In this document: piece after piece, positions 40,603 through 49,820 of the stretch | Position numbering within the stretch: the stretch's first letter is position 1 | Layout: every line of letters begins with the position of its first letter | Source: Candidatus Latescibacterota bacterium | GTDB taxonomy: Bacteria > Latescibacterota > UBA2968 > UBA8231 | Assembly: GCA_965208105.1 (NCBI GenBank) | Contig: OZ242318.1 | Coordinates: forward strand, 256,001-320,000 | Length of the DNA: 64,000 nucleotides | Direction of reading: 5' to 3' | Program-made: the position numbers and the translations under genes | Notes under the pieces: generated by a model | Seen by the model: the letters and a program-made list of their open reading frames with translations, nothing else | The model's database searches: none | Told to the model about the DNA's origin: nothing

Positions 40603-43373
40603 GCCGCTAACGCCTCATTCAATTCGTCAATCACATCATACATCCGGTCGCCAAAGAGATTGTACATCTGCCCAAGGCCGCCCCTGCCATCGAACGGAGC
40701 CATGTCCAGGTCGTCGCGGTCCAGATGAAACGAGGTGATGATGTGGTCACGGATCATGCGTAGCCAGCCCATCTGCTCCTCGTTGAACTTCTCTCCGCTA
40801 CCGCTGTGGTGCGCCATAATCCAATTCTGAAAATTGCGGCGCACGGTTTCCGAATAGGGAGACAGTGTCGCGTCGATACCGCAAACCCGGCGGATCAACG
40901 CCACGAGCGCGATCAGTTCACTATCCGGTTGGCTGCCTTTGTATTCATCAAGCAAGGAGTATGCCTGCCAGACCCGCAAAGGGGCTAGTCGAGGCTGGTC
41001 GCTCTTGAGCTTGTCGAAAACCTCGCGGATCATCTCGAAGGTCAGCTCTCTGCGCCTATGCGGTTGGGCGTAGAAGATGGTCAGGGCTTCGATCTCGTCT
41101 CGATTCGCTTCCAAATACTGGCGGAAGTCCTGTACCATGGCTTCGGCGTTCTCGTGCGCGTCGCCTTCCCATTCAGCGCGCTCCACGGTGTCCAGGCTGT
41201 CATGGTCGATGGTCTGTTCCTTGTCGCGACGAATCGAGTCGATCAGCTCAATCAACTCGCCGTTGAAAACGCTGGCAGCGTCACGGACCAGCTGCTCCTG
41301 AGCCGTTTCGCGTGCCGCCGATGACGGCTCGGCCTCGTCGGGCACCGGCTCGGTCTCGCGGGCCTTCGCTTCGATTTGGTCTGGGTCGATGGCCTCCAGC
41401 AGATTGCCGACGATAGCGGTGAGTTCGATGCCGCCAGCCTTTTGGCGGATTTGTTCCTGCTCAGCGTGGTCGAGTTGTCGGTTGAGCCTGGCAAGGCGGC
41501 CGGCAAGTGAGCTCACGGTGTCTTCGTCGTGCGCGCCCATCATCACGCCCGTGAGGAGATCCTTGAGTGGCACAGAGGGCTTGGTGATGAGTGGCTGGCT
41601 GGCGGTCTTGAGTGATTTCGTCACGCCGACGGCATCCACGATCACATAGTGGGTCTTTCCGCTGACAGCGGAAGGGGAGACTTTCTTGAGGTCGTCATGG
41701 TCCAGTGTCCGGGTGCCGCGTCCCTTCATCTGCTCGAAGTAGTTGAGGCTCCTCACGTCGCGCATGAAGAGCAGGCATTCAAGCGGCTTGACGTCGGTAC
41801 CCGTGGCGATCATATCCACCGTCACAGCGATACGCGGGTAGTAGTCGTTTCTGAACTGGGCGAGGACGGACGCCGGGGCTTCTTCGGTTCTGTAGGTGAC
41901 CTTTTTGCAGAACTCGTTGCCTTCGGCGAATTCCTCGCGCACGGTCTGGATGATGTCGTCGGCGTGGCTGTCGGTCTTTGCAAAAATCAGTGTCTTCGGA
42001 ACTTCGCTGCGGCCTGGGAATATCTCGGGCAGTTTGTCGTGGAACGTGCGGACGACCGTGCGGATCTGGTCGGGGTTGACGACGGCGCGGTCGAGTTCCC
42101 GGGCATCATAGGTAGAGTCTTCTTCCTGGATCTCCCAGCGCTTTCGGCGGGTCAGGCGCTCGCGCTTTTCGACCTGCTGGCCGGTTTCGAGCCAGCCTCC
42201 GTGCTGCGTCCGTTCCGTATCGATGACGTAGATCTCGTTGCCGACATTGACGCCGTCAGCGACAGCTTGCTCATGGGGGTACTCGCTGACGACGTTCTTC
42301 TTGAAGAATCCGTAGGTGCGTTTGTCCGGTGTGGCTGTCAGGCCGACGAGATAGGCGTCGAAATATTCGAGGACTTGACACCAGAGGTTGTAAATCGATC
42401 TGTGGCACTCGTCGATGACGATAAAATCGAAAAACTCGGGAGGGATTTTTTCGTTATAGACAACCGGCACTGGATATTTGAGCTTAACCATTTCCTCCGG
42501 GTTGATCTCTTCGGCAGATTCGTCCAACTCCTCGCCCTTAAGGATCGAATACATACGCTGGATGGTGCTGATGCAGACTTGGATGTCCTGCGCGACGAAG
42601 GAGGATTGGAGACGCTGGACGTTGTAGAGTTCGGTGAATTTCCGGTTGTCGTCACCGGGTACGTAGGCCATGAATTCCTGCTCCGCCTGTTCCCCCAGAT
42701 GCTTTGTGTCTACAAGAAAGAGGATTCGCTTGGCGCTGGCGTGTTTGAGCAGCCGGTAGATCGAGGTGACGGCGGTGTAGGTCTTGCCCGAGCCAGTGGC
42801 CATCTGAATGAGGGCGCGCGGGCGGTCATCTTTGAAAGATGCCTCCAACCTCTCAATGGCGCTGACCTGGCAGGACCTCAGCCCTGCAGGGTCTAAATCC
42901 GGAAGCTCTTGGAGCCTCTCACGAAGGGAACCCGGCTGGGTATGCCAGTCCTGGATCGTCTTTGGCCGAGGGTAGTTGAACACTTCCCGGGAGCGGGGCC
43001 TTGGATCGCGTCCGTCGGTGAAGCGCGTGAGCACACCAGTACTTTCATAGACGAATGGCAGGGGGTCTTTATTGTTCACCCACTTGAGCTCGGCAGCGGC
43101 ATAGGCGGCGGATTGCTCCTCGGCAGTCGTGATTTTATGACCCCACTCCTCCGGCTTGGCCTCGACAATACCGACAGGTTTCTTGTCGACAAAGAGAACG
43201 TAGTCGGCTGGTCCAACATCCGTCTGATACTCGCGAACGGCGATCCCGAGGCCAGCGTTGAGGTCGATCTTTTTCTTGTCCTGAACTATCCAGCCAGCAT
43301 GGGACAACGACTGATCGATCTCGTCTCGCGCCGCCTGTTCCGGGGTTTGATTGATTTTCGTAATTTTGCTCAT
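40599..43373 (-). CDS. hsdR: type I R-M restriction subunit (EcoEI-R-like C-terminus)
   Basis: ADY...VEAK nuclease, MATGSGKT, DECH, GLTATP, QMKGRGTR. Confidence 0.95.
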   Translation of the reverse strand: MSKITKINQTPEQAARDEIDQSLSHAGWIVQDKKKIDLNAGLGIAVREYQTDVGPADYVLFVDKKPVGIVEAKPEEWGHKITTAEEQSAAYAAAELKWVNNKDPLPFVYESTGVLTRFTDGRDPRPRSREVFNYPRPKTIQDWHTQPGSLRERLQELPDLDPAGLRSCQVSAIERLEASFKDDRPRALIQMATGSGKTYTAVTSIYRLLKHASAKRILFLVDTKHLGEQAEQEFMAYVPGDDNRKFTELYNVQRLQSSFVAQDIQVCISTIQRMYSILKGEELDESAEEINPEEMVKLKYPVPVVYNEKIPPEFFDFIVIDECHRSIYNLWCQVLEYFDAYLVGLTATPDKRTYGFFKKNVVSEYPHEQAVADGVNVGNEIYVIDTERTQHGGWLETGQQVEKRERLTRRKRWEIQEEDSTYDARELDRAVVNPDQIRTVVRTFHDKLPEIFPGRSEVPKTLIFAKTDSHADDIIQTVREEFAEGNEFCKKVTYRTEEAPASVLAQFRNDYYPRIAVTVDMIATGTDVKPLECLLFMRDVRSLNYFEQMKGRGTRTLDHDDLKKVSPSAVSGKTHYVIVDAVGVTKSLKTASQPLITKPSVPLKDLLTGVMMGAHDEDTVSSLAGRLARLNRQLDHAEQEQIRQKAGGIELTAIVGNLLEAIDPDQIEAKARETEPVPDEAEPSSAARETAQEQLVRDAASVFNGELIELIDSIRRDKEQTIDHDSLDTVERAEWEGDAHENAEAMVQDFRQYLEANRDEIEALTIFYAQPHRRRELTFEMIREVFDKLKSDQPRLAPLRVWQAYSLLDEYKGSQPDSELIALVALIRRVCGIDATLSPYSETVRRNFQNWIMAHHSGSGEKFNEEQMGWLRMIRDHIITSFHLDRDDLDMAPFDGRGGLGQMYNLFGDRMYDVIDELNEALAA

Positions 43374-43650
43374 CTACCCTTCAAGTTTGGTCCGGAATGC
43401 CCAGGAGAGCTATCAGCATGGGACTCTCAATGCATGTGAGGGATTAGTTCATTGAGCGCTTGGGAGGCAGTATATCCAAGTACATGCTATTGGAACAATT
43501 AGGCACCATTCCGAGAACATTGTCAAGGGTCCTGATGCAGGTGAAAGGTCGGTAGAATACCCGAGGAATCGATGATCGATTTTGCTTTTTGAAATCCTCA
43601 CCTATTCTCTTATTTTCAATGGAATTTTGCTAGATTCGGAGGAAGGGGAC

Positions 43651-44046
43651 ATGAGCCCAGAAAAACTATTCGAAGCCGCCTTCCCCTATGGCGAGGACAT
43701 CTTCGCCTTGCCGGTGGAGGACCTGGACCAGGCCGCGAAGTGGTACGGCGCCGCATTTGGAATGGCCGAGGTGGAAAGGCGCGACGACCCCGTGCCGACT
43801 GTGGTTCTCGAGCGCGACGGGGTGCGGGTCGGATTTGCGATCAACGGCGGCGACGCCGGCCAGGAAGGCGCGGCCATTCTGGTGAACGACATCCACCGGG
43901 CCCGGCAGGAGCTGGAAGCCAGCGGCGTCGAAACGGGCAACTGGCGCGTCGACGAGCGCGACGGCGAGAAATTCCAGGTTTTCTTCGTCGTCGCCCCTGA
44001 CGGGCTTTGCTACTACTTCCATCAGCCCCTCGAAAACGCCGGCTAG
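43651..44046 (+). CDS. VOC family protein
   Basis: LPVEDLD.A..WY...FG; FFVVAPDGLCY; RBS GGAGG. Confidence 0.8.
   Translation: MSPEKLFEAAFPYGEDIFALPVEDLDQAAKWYGAAFGMAEVERRDDPVPTVVLERDGVRVGFAINGGDAGQEGAAILVNDIHRARQELEASGVETGNWRVDERDGEKFQVFFVVAPDGLCYYFHQPLENAG
44021..44046 (+). repeat. 26-bp direct repeat, copy 1 (3' end of VOC gene)
   Basis: ATCAGCCCCTCGAAAACGCCGGCTAG. Confidence 0.88.
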
Positions 44047-44081
44047 GAGCAGCTCATGGTTCGAACCATCGGGCTCCGCAC

Positions 44082-45395
44082 TCATGATTCCATTACCAGC
44101 CGGAACCCGGGGATGGCGAACTGGAAGGTCAGGGGCCAGAAGTTGCGGTAGCTGATGCGGATGTGGTCCTTGGGCGTCGCCCAGCTCCCCCCTTTGAGGA
44201 CCATCTTGTTGCTCATGAACTTGCCGTTGTACTCGGCGATGGCGCCGTCGTAGGGCCGAAACCCGGGGTAGGGCAGGTAGGAGCTGTTGGTCCATTCCCA
44301 GACGTTGCCAATCATGTGCTTGAGCCCTCCTTCCTGAGGCGTCATCGCCGGCCGGTACGCCTCCCCGTCCAGAAGCACCGCTTCATTCTTGCGCACCTGC
44401 GCCATGGCGTCGGTGCGCCGGGCGGCGTGCTCCCATTCCGCCTCGGTGGGCAGGCGCACGATCCTGTCCCCGCCGCGGCTTTTCCAGTTGGCGTAGGCCG
44501 CGGCCTCAAAGTAGCTCAGGTGAGAGACCGGCTCGTGGGGATCCGTCTCCTGCCAGCCGTGCAGGGTGAACTGCTGCCACATGCCGTCGATCTGTTGCCA
44601 GTATAGGGGAGCCCGGGGGAAAATCTCTCTATCCGCCAGCCGGAGCACCGGCCGCATGGAGCCGTCATCCCAGGCCTCGGAGAGCCACCAGGCGAAGTTC
44701 TCGTAACCGCCGTCGGCGATGAACTCCAGAAACTCACCGTTGGTCACCGGGCGGTTCATCATGGCAAAGGAATGGATGTATTGGCGGTGCACCCCGTACT
44801 CGTTGTCGAAGCCGAACCCACCTTCCAAGTTGCCCACCTCTGCAATGGTCTCTTCGAAGGGGATCCACTGGAGGGGGATCTCCACCGAGCCCGGGGCACG
44901 GGACTCGCCGCTGATGCGGTCGCCTTCTGTGCGGCGCTCGAATCTGTTGCGCAGAACCTCGGTGTAGAACAGCTCCTGGTGCTGCTGCTCGTGGTTGATC
45001 CCCAACTCCACCAGCCGGTCGAACTCTTCGCCGTGGTCGCCGTCGAGGAGGAGGTCCATCACCTCGTCCACGTCGGACCGGTACTTCAATATGCCCCGAA
45101 GAGGGGCCTCGTGGACGAGCACCGCGCCGCGGCAGGCTTGGCGCACGTGACGGCCAGCCCCCTTGTAGTAGGAGTTGAAGTGATACCACAGCTTGCCGTC
45201 CCGCCCGAGGGACCCGGCGTACCTGCCGAGGATGACGGCGTCGAAGAACCAGTTGGTGTGCCCAAGGTTCCAGGCCGGCGGGCTCACCTCCTGCACGGCC
45301 TGGTGGTAAAATTCCTCCTCGCTCAGCAGCGCCACCATTTCAAGAGAGTGGTTGCGCACCCTGTGATACCTCTCGCGTAGAGAATCAACAGACAC
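44082..45395 (-). CDS. egtB: EgtB-like sulfoxide synthase (DinB + FGE-sulfatase domains)
   Basis: SPPAWNLGHTNWFF, FNSYY, NHEQQHQEL, RLPTEAEWE, GNVWEWT, EYNGKFM, YRNF; AGGAGG before GTG 45395. Confidence 0.85.
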   Translation of the reverse strand: MSVDSLRERYHRVRNHSLEMVALLSEEEFYHQAVQEVSPPAWNLGHTNWFFDAVILGRYAGSLGRDGKLWYHFNSYYKGAGRHVRQACRGAVLVHEAPLRGILKYRSDVDEVMDLLLDGDHGEEFDRLVELGINHEQQHQELFYTEVLRNRFERRTEGDRISGESRAPGSVEIPLQWIPFEETIAEVGNLEGGFGFDNEYGVHRQYIHSFAMMNRPVTNGEFLEFIADGGYENFAWWLSEAWDDGSMRPVLRLADREIFPRAPLYWQQIDGMWQQFTLHGWQETDPHEPVSHLSYFEAAAYANWKSRGGDRIVRLPTEAEWEHAARRTDAMAQVRKNEAVLLDGEAYRPAMTPQEGGLKHMIGNVWEWTNSSYLPYPGFRPYDGAIAEYNGKFMSNKMVLKGGSWATPKDHIRISYRNFWPLTFQFAIPGFRLVMES

Positions 45396-45573
45396 ATCTC
45401 CTCCTTTACCCAAAGGTTTGCTAAGGCACGCCTTTTTGGGCCCGCCGTCAAGGGTAGGAGCTGCGGGTGTCAGGGGAGCCCCGGGATGATACTGGGCAGG
45501 GCCTGCGGTGGTACTTGCCGTGGGAGTATCCGGCGGATTGGCCAGGGTAGGGAATCAAGGGGGTATTGGCCGG

Positions 45574-45599
45574 ATCAGCCCCTCGAAAACGCCGACTAG
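45574..45599 (+). repeat. 26-bp direct repeat, copy 2 (IS630 target)
   Basis: ATCAGCCCCTCGAAAACGCCGACTAG, one mismatch to copy 1. Confidence 0.88.
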
Positions 45600-46754
45600 T
45601 GCGCTGTTAAAGAGTGGGCATTGAATTTTGTATTTTGGCGAGCTTGGCATCGTCCTGGTTTCGATTTCTCCATACGAGGTATTCCTGCATGCGCTGGCCG
45701 ATGTCTCGATGGTCCCTTGGGTCGCTGTTCTTGATGACGAAGTAGTGGGCGGCCGTCATGTGGCATTCGAGACGGTTCATCCAGGAGGCGTTGGTAGCGG
45801 TGAAGACGAGGGAGACTCGATGCTGCCGACACCATTGCCGAATCTTTCGGGTCGCGTGCGTCGACAAATTGTCCAGAACGAGGTAGATGCGTTGGGCCTT
45901 GCGGTAGCGGTGCCGGATGGCCTTGAGGAAAGTGAGCACCTCCGAGGCGTGCTTCTTTCGCTTGTGATGCATCCACAGGACGTCCTCGTGGACGTTGTAG
46001 GCGCCGAAGAAATAGCTGACCCCGGCGTGCCGGGTGTAGGTGGCTCGGTGCCGCACCGGGTGCTTCTGCGGCGCCCAGGAGGAGCCGGCATGGGGCTTGA
46101 TCTGCACGGGCCCCATTTCGTCGAAGCAGACTACGACCGAGTCCTTCGGCGCACGCCGGTAGAGGCGGTCGATGCGTTTTTTTTCGAGGAGAAATCCGGA
46201 TCCTTCGACTCCTTCCAGGTGCGGGTACGTTGGTAGGTGACCTTATGCCGGTCCAAGACCTTGGCGATGGTCACGTGCGAGACCTTGGGGATCATCTTGC
46301 GCCCGACCAGACAGTCGGTCAGCTTGCGCAGCGACCACTGGTTGAAGGGTTGGCCGAAAGCCCGAGGGGGCATCTTGGCGATCTCCACCACCACGGACTC
46401 GTCTTCGGGCGTCAGCGCTGGGGTGCGCCCCGGGTGGGCTCGCGTGCGAAGCGACGCCAGCCCTTCCTCGTTGTATCGTCGGACCAGGGAGCGGATGTAT
46501 TCCTCGTGCAGATGCAGCGTCGCCGACAGCTCCTGGACCCGCATACCCTGGGCACTGAGGGAGATCAATTGCCCTCGTCGCATCTGTACGGCATTGCGTG
46601 GCCGCTTCAGCCATCGGCCCAGTTCTTTCGATTCGGCCGCATCCGGTGTTCGAGCATGGAGGCACATGGCAGGACCCTCCCAGAAAAATGGACATAGGTC
46701 CCCATGATACCAACATGTACGAAAAAGTACAAGCCTGAATCCTTAACAGAGCAC
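45599..46754 (-). mobile_element. IS630 family insertion sequence
   Basis: TIRs GTGCGCTGTTAAAGA / GTGCTCTGTTAAGGA; TA duplicated at 45597-98 and 46755-56 within CTAG. Confidence 0.93.
45607..46667 (-). CDS. IS630 transposase, two ORFs joined by a -1 frameshift at A8 (46177-46184)
   Basis: HTH ORF 46667-46131; the -1 frame gives KKRIDRLY...CFDEMGP...LDNLSTH...WMNRLE (DDE triad). Confidence 0.88.
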
Positions 46755-46760
46755 TAGGGG

Positions 46761-47396
46761 TCATTTCTTCAAAAACACATACCGCTCCAGCCGGGCCAGC
46801 TCCTTGTCGTCGACGTATTTCCCGATTTCCCGCCGCCAGTGATTCATGCTTTTATAGGGCCTGTATTCCTCGAACTCGTGGGCCATGCGATTTCCCACCC
46901 CCGGGATGGTGAGGATGTCCTCCTCGCTGGCGCTGTTGAGCTCGAGGGGTACGAAGACGTACTGCTCCAGCCGGGATAGCTCTTCATCGTCGACGTATTT
47001 CCCGATTTCCCGCCGCCAGTGATTCATGCTTTTATAGGGCCTGTATTCCTCGAACTCGTGGGCCATGCGCCTGCCCACGCCGGGAACGAGCTTCATTTCT
47101 TTTGTGCTTGAGCTGTTGAGGTTTATGGGCAGAAAGAGATGGGTATAGAGCTCAGACCTCTGCGAGTCCGCGAGGGCCGAATCCAGGTAGGCGTCGAATT
47201 CCGCCATTCTCAGAAACGGCCGCAGCTCTTTCATCCCTTCCACCAGCGTCGAGTCCAGTTGCTCCAGGGCCAGCAGTTGCTCGACTGCGGCCAGGTTGGG
47301 ATTGAGGACGGTTTCGTTTTTTCCCACCTGACCGCGGGCGCCGCTGTTGCAAAAGCATATCACAGCCACCAGGGTTAGAATGACTCGTTCCATCAT
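46761..47396 (-). CDS. secreted helix-hairpin-helix repeat protein (ComEA-like)
   Basis: Signal peptide; LNS.S.E....VPGVG.RM repeated. Confidence 0.8.
   Translation of the reverse strand: MMERVILTLVAVICFCNSGARGQVGKNETVLNPNLAAVEQLLALEQLDSTLVEGMKELRPFLRMAEFDAYLDSALADSQRSELYTHLFLPINLNSSSTKEMKLVPGVGRRMAHEFEEYRPYKSMNHWRREIGKYVDDEELSRLEQYVFVPLELNSASEEDILTIPGVGNRMAHEFEEYRPYKSMNHWRREIGKYVDDKELARLERYVFLKK
46807..47069. repeat. 83-bp identical intragenic direct repeat (46807-46889 and 46987-47069)
   Basis: Base-for-base identity, 180-bp period. Confidence 0.92.
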
Positions 47397-47406
47397 TTGT
47401 TTCTCC

Positions 47407-47856
47407 TTATGTGGGCCTCCGGTTCAGGGCCGGGTGCCTGTAGGTGTAGAGCAACCCGACCAGGCCCAACTGGAGCAGGGCTCCGGGCGCCAGCGCCGGC
47501 AGCGCGCCTGCCAAGGCCCCGGAGAGCAGTTCCAGGCCGGCCAGGGTGGGGTACAACTCCAGCTCGAACTCCATGTTTGCGCGCAAATGAAACCAGCAGC
47601 CCAGCAACCCGGCCGCGACGAAGGCGAGCATGGTGAGGCGGAACAGGCGCAGAAGGATCGACCCCTGGAAGATCAGCCGCGCCGCCGACAGGACCAGTCC
47701 GCAACCCAGAAGCACCAGGGGCACCAGTTGCCGCCATTCTTCGAAATGCCCGAGCAGGAGCAACTCGGCACCCAGACCCACAGATCCCAGGAGGAAGACC
47801 AGCAGGAGCCCCCGGCGCAGGATGATGGCTCCGCCGTCTCTTTCCCATTCGACCAT
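47407..47856 (-). CDS. small membrane protein
   Basis: Four hydrophobic segments; ELLLLGHFE...Q, FH..AN.EFE, P.LAPG. Confidence 0.7.
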   Translation of the reverse strand: MVEWERDGGAIILRRGLLLVFLLGSVGLGAELLLLGHFEEWRQLVPLVLLGCGLVLSAARLIFQGSILLRLFRLTMLAFVAAGLLGCWFHLRANMEFELELYPTLAGLELLSGALAGALPALAPGALLQLGLVGLLYTYRHPALNRRPT

Positions 47857-47910
47857 ATTTCCACCTCTACCGCCTCGTGCCAACATACCCTGGATGGCTG
47901 GCGGCGATTG

Positions 47911-48705
47911 TCAAAGAAAGCACGTCAACGCGGGAACGACCAGGGGCCGGGGGCCATGGGGGTGGGGGATGACCGTTACGGGAATGTCGTAAACAGCCTC
48001 GATAACCTCGGCCTGCAGCACCTGCTCAGGCGGCCCCGAGGCCACCTCCCGGCCCTCCTTCAGAAGCAGGATGCGGTCGGCGTATTGGGCGGCCAGGTTG
48101 AGGTCGTGCAGTACCACCAGCACGCCGACCTGGCGCTCGGCGAACCCCCGCGCCACGCTCAGGGCCTGGTGCTGGTGGGCAAGGTCCAGGCTGGAGGTGG
48201 GTTCGTCGAGCAACAGATAGCGCGGCAGTTCGTCCATCGCCTCCCAGATCTGCGCGAGCACCCTTCCCAGGTGGACCCGCTGGCTCTCTCCCCCCGACAG
48301 GGTCGGGTAGAGGCGGTCCTCCAGGTGGCCGACCCCCGCCTCCTCCAGGGCGGCCCGGGCGATGGCCAGGTCCCGCCGGGTTTCAGGGCCGCGCAGATGG
48401 GGGCTGCGGCCCATGAGCGCCACCTCCAGCACCCGGAAGGGAAAGCTCAGGCTGGACTGCTGCGGCAGGACCGCGCGGACCCGGGCGCTGGCCTTCCTGT
48501 CCCAGGATGACAGCGGGCGTCCTCCCATGGACACCGTTCCCCGGGTGGGGGACAGGTCCCCGCACAGGACCTTGAGGAGGGTGGATTTGCCGGCGCCGTT
48601 GGGTCCCAGCACCGCCAGGACCTCGTTTGGCCGCACCTGGACTGACATCTCGGCCAGCAGGGTATTGCCCTCCACCACCACCTGGAGGTTGGAGCCGGCC
48701 AGCAT
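47911..48705 (-). CDS. hmuV: heme ABC transporter ATP-binding protein
   Basis: GPNGAGKST, LSGGESQRV, LLDEPTSSLD, VLHDLNLA. Confidence 0.92.
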   Translation of the reverse strand: MLAGSNLQVVVEGNTLLAEMSVQVRPNEVLAVLGPNGAGKSTLLKVLCGDLSPTRGTVSMGGRPLSSWDRKASARVRAVLPQQSSLSFPFRVLEVALMGRSPHLRGPETRRDLAIARAALEEAGVGHLEDRLYPTLSGGESQRVHLGRVLAQIWEAMDELPRYLLLDEPTSSLDLAHQHQALSVARGFAERQVGVLVVLHDLNLAAQYADRILLLKEGREVASGPPEQVLQAEVIEAVYDIPVTVIPHPHGPRPLVVPALTCFL

Positions 48706-49820
48706 CAGAAGCTCCCCAGGCGCCGCCCGCGCTGCAGCAGGTAGATGAAGAAGGGGCCGCCGATGACGGCGGTTACGATGCCGATGGGAAGCTCGGCCGG
48801 AGCTACCAGGGTGCGGGCGATGAGATCGGCCCCCAGCAGGAGGCTGGCGCCGAGGAGGGCGGCTCCGGGGAGCAGCAGGCGGTGGTCCGGACCCAGGGTA
48901 AGGCGCAGCAGGTGGGGGACCACCAGGCCGACGAAGCCGATGATTCCGGCAACGGCCACCGCCGCACCCACCGACAGGGCGACGAGGACCACCACCGCGC
49001 GCTTGAGGCGGTCGACGTTGCAGCCGAGGTGTCCGGCTTCGGCCTCCCCCAGCAGCAGCGCGTTGAGGTGCCGGGCGCAGCGCAGCAGCCCAAGGGTCGC
49101 GAGCCCGATGAGGGGAGCTGCCGCGGCCACGGCCGGCCAGGTCGCCCCGCCCAGACTGCCCATGCTCCAGAAGGTCAGGTTGCGCAGCTGGGCGTCGTCG
49201 GCCACGAAGGTGAATATCCCGGTGACGGCCCCGGCCACGGCGTTGATGGCGATGCCGGCCAGCAGCATGGTGGACACCGACACGCTGCCGTGCACCAGGG
49301 ACAGGCGGTAGACCAGCAGGGTGGTGGACGCCCCGCCGCCGAAAGCGGCGATGGACAGGGCGAAGGGCCCCATGGACCGGGTGGCGAAATCGAGTGCGGT
49401 AGACCCGAGGACAATGGTCGCCACCGCGGCCACGGCGGCGCCGCTGGAGACCCCCACGAGGCCCGGGTCGGCCAGGGGATTGCGGAAGAGGCCCTGCATG
49501 GCGCCCCCGGCCACCGCCAGACCCGCCCCGATCAACACCCCCAGCAGGACCCGCGGCAGGCGAATGCTGAGCAATATGGCCTCGTGGCGAGGCTCGAATG
49601 CCCACGGCAGGTTGAGGTCGAATTTGTGTCCGAGTACCGCCAGTACCTGCCCGGGTGCAATGGAGACGGCACCGGTACCCAGGCATGCCAGGCTCAGGAT
49701 CCCCAGCAGGAGCGCCAGCAGGGACAGGCCCAGGGTTCCCTTTTCACGCGCTGATATCCCGGGCAAGGTCAAGCGGCCCACCTGTGGCCGCAGAGGGCGG
49801 GATGCTTCAATCGGGGGCAT
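48705..49820 (-). CDS. hmuU: heme ABC transporter permease (FecCD)
   Basis: IRLPR, QGLFRNPLADP, GEAEAGHLG, GFVGLVVPH. Confidence 0.92.
   Translation of the reverse strand: MPPIEASRPLRPQVGRLTLPGISAREKGTLGLSLLALLLGILSLACLGTGAVSIAPGQVLAVLGHKFDLNLPWAFEPRHEAILLSIRLPRVLLGVLIGAGLAVAGGAMQGLFRNPLADPGLVGVSSGAAVAAVATIVLGSTALDFATRSMGPFALSIAAFGGGASTTLLVYRLSLVHGSVSVSTMLLAGIAINAVAGAVTGIFTFVADDAQLRNLTFWSMGSLGGATWPAVAAAAPLIGLATLGLLRCARHLNALLLGEAEAGHLGCNVDRLKRAVVVLVALSVGAAVAVAGIIGFVGLVVPHLLRLTLGPDHRLLLPGAALLGASLLLGADLIARTLVAPAELPIGIVTAVIGGPFFIYLLQRGRRLGSF

Noticed and set aside
44082-45395. Calling this gene senA or ovoA
   Set aside because: No senB/senC neighbours, no OvoA methyltransferase tail, and FNSYY/EYNGKFM fit EgtB better.
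45414-45573. Riboswitch upstream of egtB
   Set aside because: I could not recognise any conserved aptamer motif; an Rfam scan would be needed.
46807-47069. CRISPR-like repeat
   Set aside because: Only two 83-bp copies, in frame inside a protein; no spacers or cas genes.
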